DNA from: Candidatus Aenigmatarchaeota archaeon
GTDB taxonomy: Archaea; Aenigmatarchaeota; Aenigmatarchaeia; PWEA01
NCBI GenBank assembly: GCA_003554845.1
Contig: PWHK01000002.1
Span: 3,538-67,537 of the forward strand
Length of the DNA stretch: 64,000 bases
Reading direction: 5' to 3'
In this document: piece by piece, positions 8,779-16,740 of the stretch
Layout of the letters: every line of letters begins with the position of its first letter
Numbering within the stretch: position 1 is the first letter of the stretch
Program-made: the position numbers and the translations under genes
The notes under the pieces: model-generated
What the model was told of the DNA's origin: nothing
What the model saw: the letters and a program-made list of their open reading frames with translations, nothing else
Database searches by the model: none

Positions 8779-9282
8779 TCAGTTGTCTTCCCTTGTTAAA
8801 AAATTTGTCCTTCCTCTCCACATAGTCCAGAGAACTATAACCGCCGCTACCATTGTGAGGTTCCACAAAATTCCGTGAAAAAAGTCATAAGCGCCCGGAC
8901 CAAATCTTGTGGTTGAAATTACAATAAATAGTATGCGGATCAGGTTCAAAGAGTATACAACAGGTAGTCCTATAAATAATCCCTTCCCTGTGTCCTTCAG
9001 TTTCTTTCCAGTTGAAACAAGAAGTGCAAAAAATAAGAACATTCCTTTCCAGGCGGTACAGTCTTCTGTTATAAGAAAGTCAAATTCACCTACGGTAATC
9101 CTTGTGTTTTCTATTACTGCAGGGACTCCAGAGTGTATCAGAGAGTCGTACACCCTCTCGGCGGTGAACTCCTGGAAGGAATAGAGGTTCACATTCCAAG
9201 ATATAAAGTACAGAACTACCGAAAGGGCCAGTAGTTTGAGGGTGAAGGAGAGAATCTCCATGTAGTCTTCCTTTCTAACCAT
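8779..9282 (-). CDS. Polytopic membrane protein, possibly a small exosortase/archaeosortase-family member
   Basis: 167 aa, about 5 TM helices. Cys in TEDCTAWKG between helices and a conserved-looking Arg in a TM helix (NLIRILF). Family call is tentative. Confidence 0.4.
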   Translation of the reverse strand: MVRKEDYMEILSFTLKLLALSVVLYFISWNVNLYSFQEFTAERVYDSLIHSGVPAVIENTRITVGEFDFLITEDCTAWKGMFLFFALLVSTGKKLKDTGKGLFIGLPVVYSLNLIRILFIVISTTRFGPGAYDFFHGILWNLTMVAAVIVLWTMWRGRTNFLTREDN

Positions 9283-10483
9283 TTCTATCCCTGTATCTTT
9301 TCATCCATCCTATGAAGCTGTCCTTTTTGACCCTTTTCATGTCATCTATCTCTGAACCTTCTATATACTTTACACCGTTTCTTTCCTTTATCCTAAGATC
9401 GTCCATTTCCGAGGTCCAGATTCCCTCCGAAACAAACCTGTCGGATACCTCTTCGTCTATGTCACCTACAACGGCCTTTACATCCGCGCTCTTCAGATGT
9501 TTTAATACGGTTTCGACATTCTTTGGAAAGCTGTGTACGAGGACAACACTTTCCTTCAGCGAAAGTCTATTATCCTGTTTTCTGATTTCAGCTTCGTTCA
9601 ATGGATTTATTTCCCTCAATGGGACCATGCCTTCTTTAATAACCTCCAAGAAGGTCCTGAGCTCCTCCACGTTCTTTCTCAGCGAGGATTTGTCCTGTTC
9701 AAGTGTTCTTATTCTGTTCTTCTTTGATCTGAGGTTTCTTTCTAGCTTTTTGATTTTTCTTGCTTCAAATACTTCATTCTTTACGCCTGCTTCGAGATCG
9801 TTCTTTTCCTCTTTGATCTTCGCCATCCTTCTTTCAAGATTTTCTATCCTTTTCTTGAGTTTTCTGTTGTGCTCCTTGAGTTTTTGTCTGTCCTTTCTCT
9901 CCTTTATTATTATATTTCTGTAGTTGTCTATCTTTTCATCCAGGTTTCCGCTTGGTTCTTCTTTCACCTCCTCTTCCCCCTCTTCTTCTCCGTTTCCAAG
10001 GGCTTTCTCCACGGCTTCCGAGACATTTCTTGCCTCGCCCTTTACTACAAGTTCCTTTATCCTTGGTGACATATCGACGAGGTTGAGGTCGTCCATCCTT
10101 GACTCTATGTTTTTGAACTTATTTTTGAAGCTGTTGTAGGCATTCATGGCAGCAGCCAGGGCATCCCTTTCGTGGAGATTTCTGTAGTCGTGTTCCTCCG
10201 TCAACTTCCTTTTCTTATCTATTGAAAGATCGTCCTCCGGTAGAAACACTTCTGCGCTGAAGTCGGTTGATATACTTTCCACTGTCGATGGAAGCTTTTC
10301 CTTGTCGGTGGTTACAAGAACTGGTTTACCTTCATCGGATATTGCCTTTACTATCTCATCCTGTCCCATGTGCTTTTTTGACATGACTGCCTTTGGTTTA
10401 CCCCGCATATCCAGAACAGCTATGGCTGAAGTCGATCCGGGATCGATTCCTACTATGGTCCTCTTTCTGTTATCTTCAGTCAT
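9275..10483 (-). CDS. COG2433/DUF460-like protein: N-terminal RuvC/YqgF-like RNase H-fold domain plus long coiled coil
   Basis: 402 aa. IVGIDPGSTSAIAVLD matches the first beta-strand/acidic motif of YqgF/RuvC-like resolvases. Central 200 aa is K/E-rich coiled coil. Confidence 0.65.
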   Translation of the reverse strand: MTEDNRKRTIVGIDPGSTSAIAVLDMRGKPKAVMSKKHMGQDEIVKAISDEGKPVLVTTDKEKLPSTVESISTDFSAEVFLPEDDLSIDKKRKLTEEHDYRNLHERDALAAAMNAYNSFKNKFKNIESRMDDLNLVDMSPRIKELVVKGEARNVSEAVEKALGNGEEEGEEEVKEEPSGNLDEKIDNYRNIIIKERKDRQKLKEHNRKLKKRIENLERRMAKIKEEKNDLEAGVKNEVFEARKIKKLERNLRSKKNRIRTLEQDKSSLRKNVEELRTFLEVIKEGMVPLREINPLNEAEIRKQDNRLSLKESVVLVHSFPKNVETVLKHLKSADVKAVVGDIDEEVSDRFVSEGIWTSEMDDLRIKERNGVKYIEGSEIDDMKRVKKDSFIGWMKRYRDRNG

Positions 10484-11150
10484 TTGCCCTCTCTGTAAGT
10501 ATTTTCCTTAACTTGGATGCAGTTTTATCCCCTATACCTCTTACCTTCTTAAGTTCCTCTTCTTTTGCATTGAAAACCGCCTCGGGAGTTCCAAACTCCC
10601 TGAGAAGTCTCTCCGACATCTTTTTATCTACATCAGGAAGTCCTGCTATAAGGAAAAGCTGTCTTTCTCTCAATGTCGAGGGCTTCTTTTTTCCTCTGAT
10701 TGAAACCGTTCTCCTTTCTTCCAGCTGTTCCCTTTTTGCTATCCAGTACAAAAACGAGGCCGTGTCGTTCTCGGAATTGGTCCATATAATAGGTATCGAT
10801 AGATCTATTCCTATAGATGCCACTGCTCCGCGCACAGAGTTGGGGTGCACGTCCCTCTGTGAGTATAGATCCTGGCCTTCGATTATAAGAAGAGGCTTTT
10901 TGAAGTTCCTCTTAAGGTCCTGGAGCTGTTTGAATATATTGTTGTTGAATACAGACGAAAGGAAATCGTTACATGTCTTTCTTTCTACACCGACTCTGTC
11001 GGAGAGTATGTAGTCACCTACCTCCAGTTGCCTTGGTTTAACTATACAGTCCTTTCTTGCCATCTCCTTGACTACGTTTGATCTGAACTCCCTGTTGTCG
11101 GCAAATATAAGTATTTCCTTTTCCTCTTTTGGGACTTCTTGTTTTTCCAT
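10476..11150 (-). CDS. hef: ERCC4/XPF-type nuclease with C-terminal HhH2 (Hef nuclease portion)
   Basis: 224 aa. ERCC4 motif GDYILSDRVGVERKTCNDF. Tandem helix-hairpin-helix LIAGLPDVDKKMSERLLREFG...VRGIGDKTASKL. Confidence 0.85.
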   Translation of the reverse strand: MEKQEVPKEEKEILIFADNREFRSNVVKEMARKDCIVKPRQLEVGDYILSDRVGVERKTCNDFLSSVFNNNIFKQLQDLKRNFKKPLLIIEGQDLYSQRDVHPNSVRGAVASIGIDLSIPIIWTNSENDTASFLYWIAKREQLEERRTVSIRGKKKPSTLRERQLFLIAGLPDVDKKMSERLLREFGTPEAVFNAKEEELKKVRGIGDKTASKLRKILTERAND

Positions 11151-11197
11151 GGTAGAAAATTGTCTAGTCAGTTTAAAATATTTCGTTTTTACTGTTC

Positions 11198-12760
11198 TCA
11201 GAACTCATCGAGTTCACTTTGGTTGTTTTCACTTTCTGTCTTCATATCCTTTAGCGTTTCCTTCATCCTTCTTTCACGGTGTTTGCTCATCCAGTAGTAG
11301 GCTTCGTCCCGTGTATCCTTGGCCATGAGTACTACGACCTTTCCACTTCTCTGTCTTCCAGTACGTCCTCTTCTCTGTATAGATCTTATCTCCGACGGCA
11401 CGGGCTCGTAGAAGATAACTATGTCCACTGAAGGTATATCGAGACCCTCTTCGCCTACGGAAGTGGCAATAAGTGTGTTGTGTACACCCCTTTCCATGTC
11501 CTCGAGTATTGAGACCTGTTCCTTCTGCGAGAGTCCCTTGTCACCTGCCTGTCCTATGAAACCCACAGGTTTACATCCCTCGATATCTCCCAATCTATCC
11601 TTTATCTTCTCAACCTGATCTCTGTAGTGTGAAAAAACAATTATCTTCGAGTCGGGTTTTTCTTCGAGTTTTTCCCTGACTGTTTTCTCGAGGATATCCA
11701 TCTTTGGGTGTTCTATGCCCCTTTCCAGAAGCGAGCTTGTTTTCCTGAAGGCAGTTGCTATCTTACCGTCCTTCATAACATTTTTTGCGGCCTTTGTTTT
11801 CCCTTTCCTGGCCTCTTCTCTGAGTCTTTTGAAATATTTGTACAGAGAGGAGGAGCCCTGTGTCTCAAGCAGCATGAGGGCATGTCCTATCTTCATCGCT
11901 TCTGCCGACTTGGAAAGACCTGCATATAGGAGCTTGTCTTCTTCGCCTTTTGATATTTTCTTTCTGAGTCTTCCCTGTATCTTGAGTAGCTCCTTTCTGT
12001 GAACATCTCCCGAAGGGGCATGGTTCCACTTTCTGAGCTTCTTGATCCTTTCATCGTAGGCATCTTCCAGGAGCTTCTTGACATTTTTGAACTCCTGTGG
12101 AAGTTCCACCTTTTTCCATTCCTTGTCAACCTTCTTTATATATTTCTTTACGTCCTCGTCTTCTTCTGTCCTTATCTCCACATCTTCTATAAACAGATTT
12201 TCCATTACCTTCTCTATATCCCTCTTTGATCCACCTGGTGAAGCGGTTATTCCAAGTATCCTCGGGTCCTTTGCCCTTTTCATATACATCTCTGCTATGA
12301 AGCTGTATGGGTAGTCACCTGTTGCGCGGTGGCATTCGTCGAATATCACAAGGCTGAATTTATCTAAGTCTATTCTCCCGGCTATGATATCGTTCTGTAC
12401 AACCTGGGGCGTTGCAAAGAAACACATTCCCCGTTTGTACTCCTTTTCCCTCTTCTCTGGCCTTACCTTTCCCGTCAATACCTTCATATCCTCGCAGGCT
12501 ATCTCCAAAAATTCATTGAAGAAGCGTTTGTGTTGTTCGACAAGAGGGCGCGTCGGAGCCAGAAACAGTATCTTTCCGCCTTTTTTGTCCAGTCTGTGTG
12601 CAGAAAGAAGTACAGCCGATATAGTTTTTCCCATTCCTGTGGGAACCACGGCAAGTGTGTTTTTATTTATCGTGGTATGTAGAATCGTTTCCTGGTACAG
12701 TCTCTTCTCGAGCTTATTCTTTTCTATGAGAGGATGTTCAAAGTAGTTCTCATCGTTCAT
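11198..12760 (-). CDS. hef: ERCC4-related SF2 helicase (Hef helicase portion; COG1111-like)
   Basis: 520 aa. Walker A PTGMGKT, DECH box IFDECHRA, insertion domain, motif VI QRRGRTGR. Stops 48 nt before the nuclease ORF. Confidence 0.85.
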   Translation of the reverse strand: MNDENYFEHPLIEKNKLEKRLYQETILHTTINKNTLAVVPTGMGKTISAVLLSAHRLDKKGGKILFLAPTRPLVEQHKRFFNEFLEIACEDMKVLTGKVRPEKREKEYKRGMCFFATPQVVQNDIIAGRIDLDKFSLVIFDECHRATGDYPYSFIAEMYMKRAKDPRILGITASPGGSKRDIEKVMENLFIEDVEIRTEEDEDVKKYIKKVDKEWKKVELPQEFKNVKKLLEDAYDERIKKLRKWNHAPSGDVHRKELLKIQGRLRKKISKGEEDKLLYAGLSKSAEAMKIGHALMLLETQGSSSLYKYFKRLREEARKGKTKAAKNVMKDGKIATAFRKTSSLLERGIEHPKMDILEKTVREKLEEKPDSKIIVFSHYRDQVEKIKDRLGDIEGCKPVGFIGQAGDKGLSQKEQVSILEDMERGVHNTLIATSVGEEGLDIPSVDIVIFYEPVPSEIRSIQRRGRTGRQRSGKVVVLMAKDTRDEAYYWMSKHRERRMKETLKDMKTESENNQSELDEF

Positions 12761-12795
12761 GTCACATAATGATACACATACTGATTAAAGAAACT

Positions 12796-14082
12796 TTAGA
12801 ACTCTTCCTCGTCCTCGAAGGCGCTGGGGGTGCCTCCTGCATGCCACGACATCCTTGGCCTTACCTTTATGGAGTATATCCTTTCGGAGTTGTCGTCCAG
12901 AACTATTGCACTACCCTTTTTTCTGGGCAGGTTGTTTATGTACTTCTTTATGTCGAAGGTCATGTATGTCTGCATTATGTTTCTCAGGGCCTCGAAATCA
13001 GGCCTTGCTGTCAGCCTGTGTGATATTATTAGATCGGACTGTGATATTGCATCCGGGTGTATTCTACCGGGACGCTGTGTTATGAAAACCACAGAGATAC
13101 CAGGCTGTCTGCCTTCTTTGACAAGGGTTTTAAGCGGGTCGGATGCAGGGGTCTTTCCTTCGTCCGGTAGGAACTGGTGGGCTTCGTCTATAACTACCCA
13201 TGTCATCGGTATATCTATTTTTTTCCTTCCTCTTATCGTGGATATTTCCTCCTTTCTCCTTGCCTCCACTCTTTTTCTGTATATACGCCTTGATAGAAGA
13301 CCTACCAGAAGTCCCCTTACGCTCCATCCCGATGACATATGTCCGAAGTAGGATACATCAAGAACAGACACCTTTCCAGGTGAAAGTATTTCCTCTATCG
13401 AAAGACCCTCCTTTGAAAATATTCCCCATTCCTCTGCAGAAAGAAATCTGTTTTCAAGCCCTTGTTTGACGTCCTCTGAGGCCCTTTCATCCCTTTGTAT
13501 AGTTTCTATTATTTCTTCTATTCCGTAGTTTTCGCTTTCTTCAAGCCTCCGGATAACCCTCTCGAGGAGTACACCCAGAGGATCTACAAGCGATATACCG
13601 AAGGCCAGCGACCAGTCCTCTGCCGAGAGCTCCGATGCCCTTATCGAAAAAGAATCGTCAAAGGGTACGTCCTTCTTTTCGTACTCTTCTTTGAAGCCCT
13701 TTGGTACGTAGACGGATGCATCGAACTTTCTGGGATCCAGACCCCATTTCTTCAGAAGTCCTATCTGCTGTTCGTTTGGATTCTTAAGGCTCCACCATAT
13801 ACCCATTGTATCTATAAGAAGCATTGATAGGTTCTGGCGTATTTCATCGGGCAACCTGAAAAACTCCTCTGCAATCACTGCGCCTGTGTAGCTCTTACCC
13901 TGTCCCCTCTTTCCGCAGATCAGTGACACATGTGGTCTTGCAACGTCGAGGTATACAGGGTTTGTCAGGTTTGAGTCCTTGCCTTCGCCTACAAGGTGTT
14001 TTCCGAAGTATATGGAACCCTTCTTTCCGTATTTTTCCCTGTCGTCCTGGTCCCTTCCTATGATAATCTCTCTAAGAGGCAT
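12796..14082 (-). CDS. HerA/FtsK-like DUF87 ATPase
   Basis: 428 aa. Walker A preceded by His (ARPHVSLICGKRGQGKSYTG), Walker B DEAH (WVVIDEAHQF), HAS-barrel-like N-terminus. Confidence 0.7.
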   Translation of the reverse strand: MPLREIIIGRDQDDREKYGKKGSIYFGKHLVGEGKDSNLTNPVYLDVARPHVSLICGKRGQGKSYTGAVIAEEFFRLPDEIRQNLSMLLIDTMGIWWSLKNPNEQQIGLLKKWGLDPRKFDASVYVPKGFKEEYEKKDVPFDDSFSIRASELSAEDWSLAFGISLVDPLGVLLERVIRRLEESENYGIEEIIETIQRDERASEDVKQGLENRFLSAEEWGIFSKEGLSIEEILSPGKVSVLDVSYFGHMSSGWSVRGLLVGLLSRRIYRKRVEARRKEEISTIRGRKKIDIPMTWVVIDEAHQFLPDEGKTPASDPLKTLVKEGRQPGISVVFITQRPGRIHPDAISQSDLIISHRLTARPDFEALRNIMQTYMTFDIKKYINNLPRKKGSAIVLDDNSERIYSIKVRPRMSWHAGGTPSAFEDEEEF

Positions 14083-14122
14083 AGTTTAGATTGTTTGTCT
14101 GGATTTTAAAAGTTAACAGTTT

Positions 14123-14713
14123 TCAGAGCAGTACTGCAAGTCCAACGAGTCCGGTTATACCGGTAACAACAGCCAAAAGCCACATCCAGCTGTCCCAGAG
14201 AACGGTGTTTCCTCCGTCGAAGGGATGTACAGGTAAAAGGTTGGAAAGTCCGAGCCAGAAGTTTATTAATGAGACCATCCACACGGCATATGTTCCTGTA
14301 AGCGAGTATATTCCAAGAAAAGCAGTGGCTACTGCGAGGTTTATCAGAGGACCAGAGGTAGATATGAGTCCCAGTTCCCTGTCGTTGGCTCCTTCGGTTT
14401 TTCTCAGCCATCTTCCTGTTTCTGTGCCTCTTATGTGTGTTAAAAGCGGAACCGCCAGAACTGCGAAACCCTGGGTAAGTATTCCTGTTACAAGTGTAAG
14501 AACAATTCCTATGCCGTAGATCTCAGACTTTGTTTGCATACCTTCTGTATGGGAAAGACTGTGGTGTGCTATATGATGTAGGAGATAGCTAAAAAAGACT
14601 ATGGTGAAACATAGAAGAAAGAAACCGGGTCTTATGTCCTGTATTGCGAAGGCACCGGAGATAACTACAACTGAAATCAAGAAGTTTCTGAGGTCCTCCT
14701 TACCAGAGATCAT
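14123..14713 (-). CDS. Site-2-protease (M50)-like membrane protein with HHxxH in place of HExxH
   Basis: 196 aa, 4-5 TM helices. Second S2P motif NLLPVHPFDGG is present. The first motif reads LLHHIAHH (codons cat cat ata gca cac cac). Confidence 0.6.
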   Translation of the reverse strand: MISGKEDLRNFLISVVVISGAFAIQDIRPGFFLLCFTIVFFSYLLHHIAHHSLSHTEGMQTKSEIYGIGIVLTLVTGILTQGFAVLAVPLLTHIRGTETGRWLRKTEGANDRELGLISTSGPLINLAVATAFLGIYSLTGTYAVWMVSLINFWLGLSNLLPVHPFDGGNTVLWDSWMWLLAVVTGITGLVGLAVLL

Positions 14714-14880
14714 TATTCTTCATCTTCCTTGATTACTTCTATTTCCTTTCCAATTACCTTCTCGGTAGCACGTACGTTTGATCCACCGGGTCCGATTGCC
14801 TTTCCAATGAGCCCTTCGTCTATGTCTATGCGGATAAGATCGTCTTCTTCCATGACCTCGTTGATCTTTACGTCCATCAT
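14713..14880 (-). CDS. Small KH-domain RNA-binding protein (55 aa; not in ORF track)
   Basis: MMDVKINEVMEEDDLIRIDIDEGLIGKAIGPGGSNVRATEKVIGKEIEVIKEDEE. GxxG loop IGKAIGPGGSNVR. Stop TAA overlaps the ATG of the downstream S2P-like gene (TAATG). Confidence 0.55.
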   Translation of the reverse strand: MMDVKINEVMEEDDLIRIDIDEGLIGKAIGPGGSNVRATEKVIGKEIEVIKEDEE

Positions 14881-14949
14881 CTTCTCCAGCTTTTCTTTAA
14901 GGTCTTCAGCGATGTTATCACCCCTTCTCTATGGGTTATTTGAAAAGGG

Positions 14950-15576
14950 TTATTTAAAAGTTTTATCCAGAAAATCCACATCCCTTTCCTGAAGCCTCCT
15001 TTTAATTCCTGGTATATGGCCGGCTCCGACTACTGCGAGGATGTTTTCGTGGTCTCTTTCAAGGTCCAGCAGAGCCTTTGTCATTATATCATCCCTCTCC
15101 TCTACAAGTATGGAGTACATACGCGGCGCCGCCCTTTTCATTATTTCTATGCTCCTTTCTATTATTTTGTAGGGTGGGACATCTTTTAGATCGAATTTTT
15201 GGCCCCTCATCTTTCCAATGGAGAAGAACACGAGTTTCAGCTTTTCGGATATTCCTACGTCGTCGAAGCGCCTGACTGTGATGTGTATAGGCCTGTCTAT
15301 GAGATATACCTTTATGTTTTTTTCTATGGCTCTTTCTGTGGCAAACAACATTTCTTCTCCAGGAAGAACACCGGTCTTTTCCGAAAGCTTCTTCTGAAGC
15401 CACGATAGTATCTTGAAGAAAAGCGACGGATAACTACCACTTTCACCTGCCTTGAGCGCCCTGTACCTCCCTTCGTCGATCTCTACAGCAACGCAGTCCG
15501 GTTCTTCCTCCAGTTCTTCTTCTATCCTTTCTATAGATTTCGGTGATATGTGTGAAGTACCTACAAGTTTTATCAT
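14950..15576 (-). CDS. TraB/PrgY/GumN-family protein
   Basis: 208 aa. LVGTSHIS...PDCVAVEID and VVGAGHIPGI fit the TraB-family pattern as I recall it. Confidence 0.75.
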   Translation of the reverse strand: MIKLVGTSHISPKSIERIEEELEEEPDCVAVEIDEGRYRALKAGESGSYPSLFFKILSWLQKKLSEKTGVLPGEEMLFATERAIEKNIKVYLIDRPIHITVRRFDDVGISEKLKLVFFSIGKMRGQKFDLKDVPPYKIIERSIEIMKRAAPRMYSILVEERDDIMTKALLDLERDHENILAVVGAGHIPGIKRRLQERDVDFLDKTFK

Positions 15577-15584
15577 GAAAACAC

Positions 15585-16346
15585 CTAAAGGAAGTAACCC
15601 AGGGCTTCCTCTATATTTTTGGCTTCGACTACTTCTATCTCAACTTCTCTATCTATATCTATTCTCTCCTCTTTGTATTCGGTTCTGCATATTTCTATTC
15701 CTCCTATGGTTCTGCATCTCTCCTCTTTTGTATATGTCACCTGTACAGACTGTCCCTGGGGAACTACGAATTTTTTAAATCCTGCCTGTTCCAATGCCTG
15801 TGCTTTGGTGAGTACTCCTCCTACCCTTCCTATTCTTCCGTCGGGTTCGATCGTTCCTGTCATGACAACGTCTTCGTCTATACTTCTGTTTTCAAGGGCG
15901 GCTATAGTTGCAACTGTAAGCGCAGCCCCGGCGCTGGGTCCTCCTATTATTGAAACGTCCAGATTTATGGTATATGTCAGGTCGTGTTCATTCCTTTCTA
16001 TCCCGAGGTAGTCCCTTGAAAAGGAACTCGCGGTTCTTATGGAGTGCTGTATATCAATCCAGAAGAAGAGGTTTTCTATGTCCACGAGTATTTTTCCCAC
16101 GCCCGGATCGGCCCTAACCCACGAAGGTGATACCATTCCTCTTCCATCGTCTGTCACTCCTACTATATGTGTTTTAACGCCATCTGGAAGAGGCCTTGCT
16201 GTTATGTTCCACTCTATGGGCCTCCTTGTTACCGGATCTCTATCCGTGGTTTGTATGAGAATTTCAGGCGCAACTATCAGAGTTGTAAGGCCTCCGGCTA
16301 TGAAAACAAGTACAACGGTTAAACCGAAAATAATTTTGTCTCTCAT
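15585..16346 (-). CDS. Membrane-anchored Lon-like S16 peptidase-domain protein (no ATPase domain)
   Basis: 253 aa. N-terminal TM helix. Catalytic Ser in GPSAGAA and Lys-containing GRIGRVGGVLTK, typical of the Lon proteolytic domain. Confidence 0.75.
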   Translation of the reverse strand: MRDKIIFGLTVVLVFIAGGLTTLIVAPEILIQTTDRDPVTRRPIEWNITARPLPDGVKTHIVGVTDDGRGMVSPSWVRADPGVGKILVDIENLFFWIDIQHSIRTASSFSRDYLGIERNEHDLTYTINLDVSIIGGPSAGAALTVATIAALENRSIDEDVVMTGTIEPDGRIGRVGGVLTKAQALEQAGFKKFVVPQGQSVQVTYTKEERCRTIGGIEICRTEYKEERIDIDREVEIEVVEAKNIEEALGYFL

Positions 16347-16360
16347 GGTATCATAATAGT

Positions 16361-16628
16361 GGCAGGGAACTTCCGGGTCGACGGAACCGACTGGAAAAGT
16401 TTACCTGTCTTCCTCCTCGGCTCTGCTACCCCCCGAACATCCATACTACAGCTTAGGGCTGCTCCCGCCAGGGCCTGGCCCGTTTCACTGCACCATAGAT
16501 CCCGGAGGACAGAGCTTCGACGTTGGAAAACAGGGCTTTTCCAGCCGGATCTGCCTGGCCGGCTCTTCGGTTGCTCTGTAGAGGATTTGAGCTCCAGATG
16601 ACCCCTAGCCATCCAACCTATCCCTGCC
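16361..16628 (-). ncRNA. Signal recognition particle RNA (7S/SRP RNA)
   Basis: GC-rich island. Minus strand contains helix-8-like GGUGCAGUGAAACGGGCCAGGCCCUGGCGGGAGCAGCC, compared from memory with the E. coli 4.5S GGUGCUG...GGAAGGAAGCAGCC motif. Terminal 8-bp helix ggcaggga/tccctgcc. TTTAAA about 23 nt upstream of the 5' end. Confidence 0.8.
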
Positions 16629-16650
16629 GAGGTAAAGTTCTTTCCCGAAC

Positions 16651-16656
16651 TTTAAA
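16651..16656 (-). promoter_or_regulatory. TATA box (TTTAAA) for the SRP RNA gene
   Basis: cccTTTAAAgttcgggaaagaactttacctc|GGCAGGGA on the minus strand; spacing fits an archaeal promoter. Confidence 0.4.
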
Positions 16657-16740
16657 GGGTTTTCGGTCCGGTTTTAGGCACTACATTTATCTATGTATTT
16701 AAGCTTTAACCTACTTATTTTTTTACTATTCAGTGATAGA

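Noticed and set aside
8621-8878. 85-aa plus-strand ORF and a minus-strand coiled-coil-looking reading (ATG at 8772)
   Set aside because: The plus ORF is Ser/Leu-rich noise. The minus reading MSEETNCKEVLERIEKIEAKISYL hits a TGA after 24 codons, so it is not a gene unless frameshifted.
9312-11013. Plus-strand ORFs 9312..9923 (203 aa) and 10393..11013 (206 aa)
   Set aside because: Ser/Leu/Phe-rich antisense translations of the COG2433 and Hef-nuclease genes. No start-site signals.
12830-13351. 173-aa plus-strand ORF
   Set aside because: Antisense to the HerA-like ATPase gene, with low-complexity composition.
16343-16612. Track ORFs 16343..16612 (-) and 16359..16601 (+), 89 and 80 aa
   Set aside because: Both lie inside the GC-rich SRP RNA gene. 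Arg/Pro/Ala-rich translations are typical of spurious ORFs in structured RNA.
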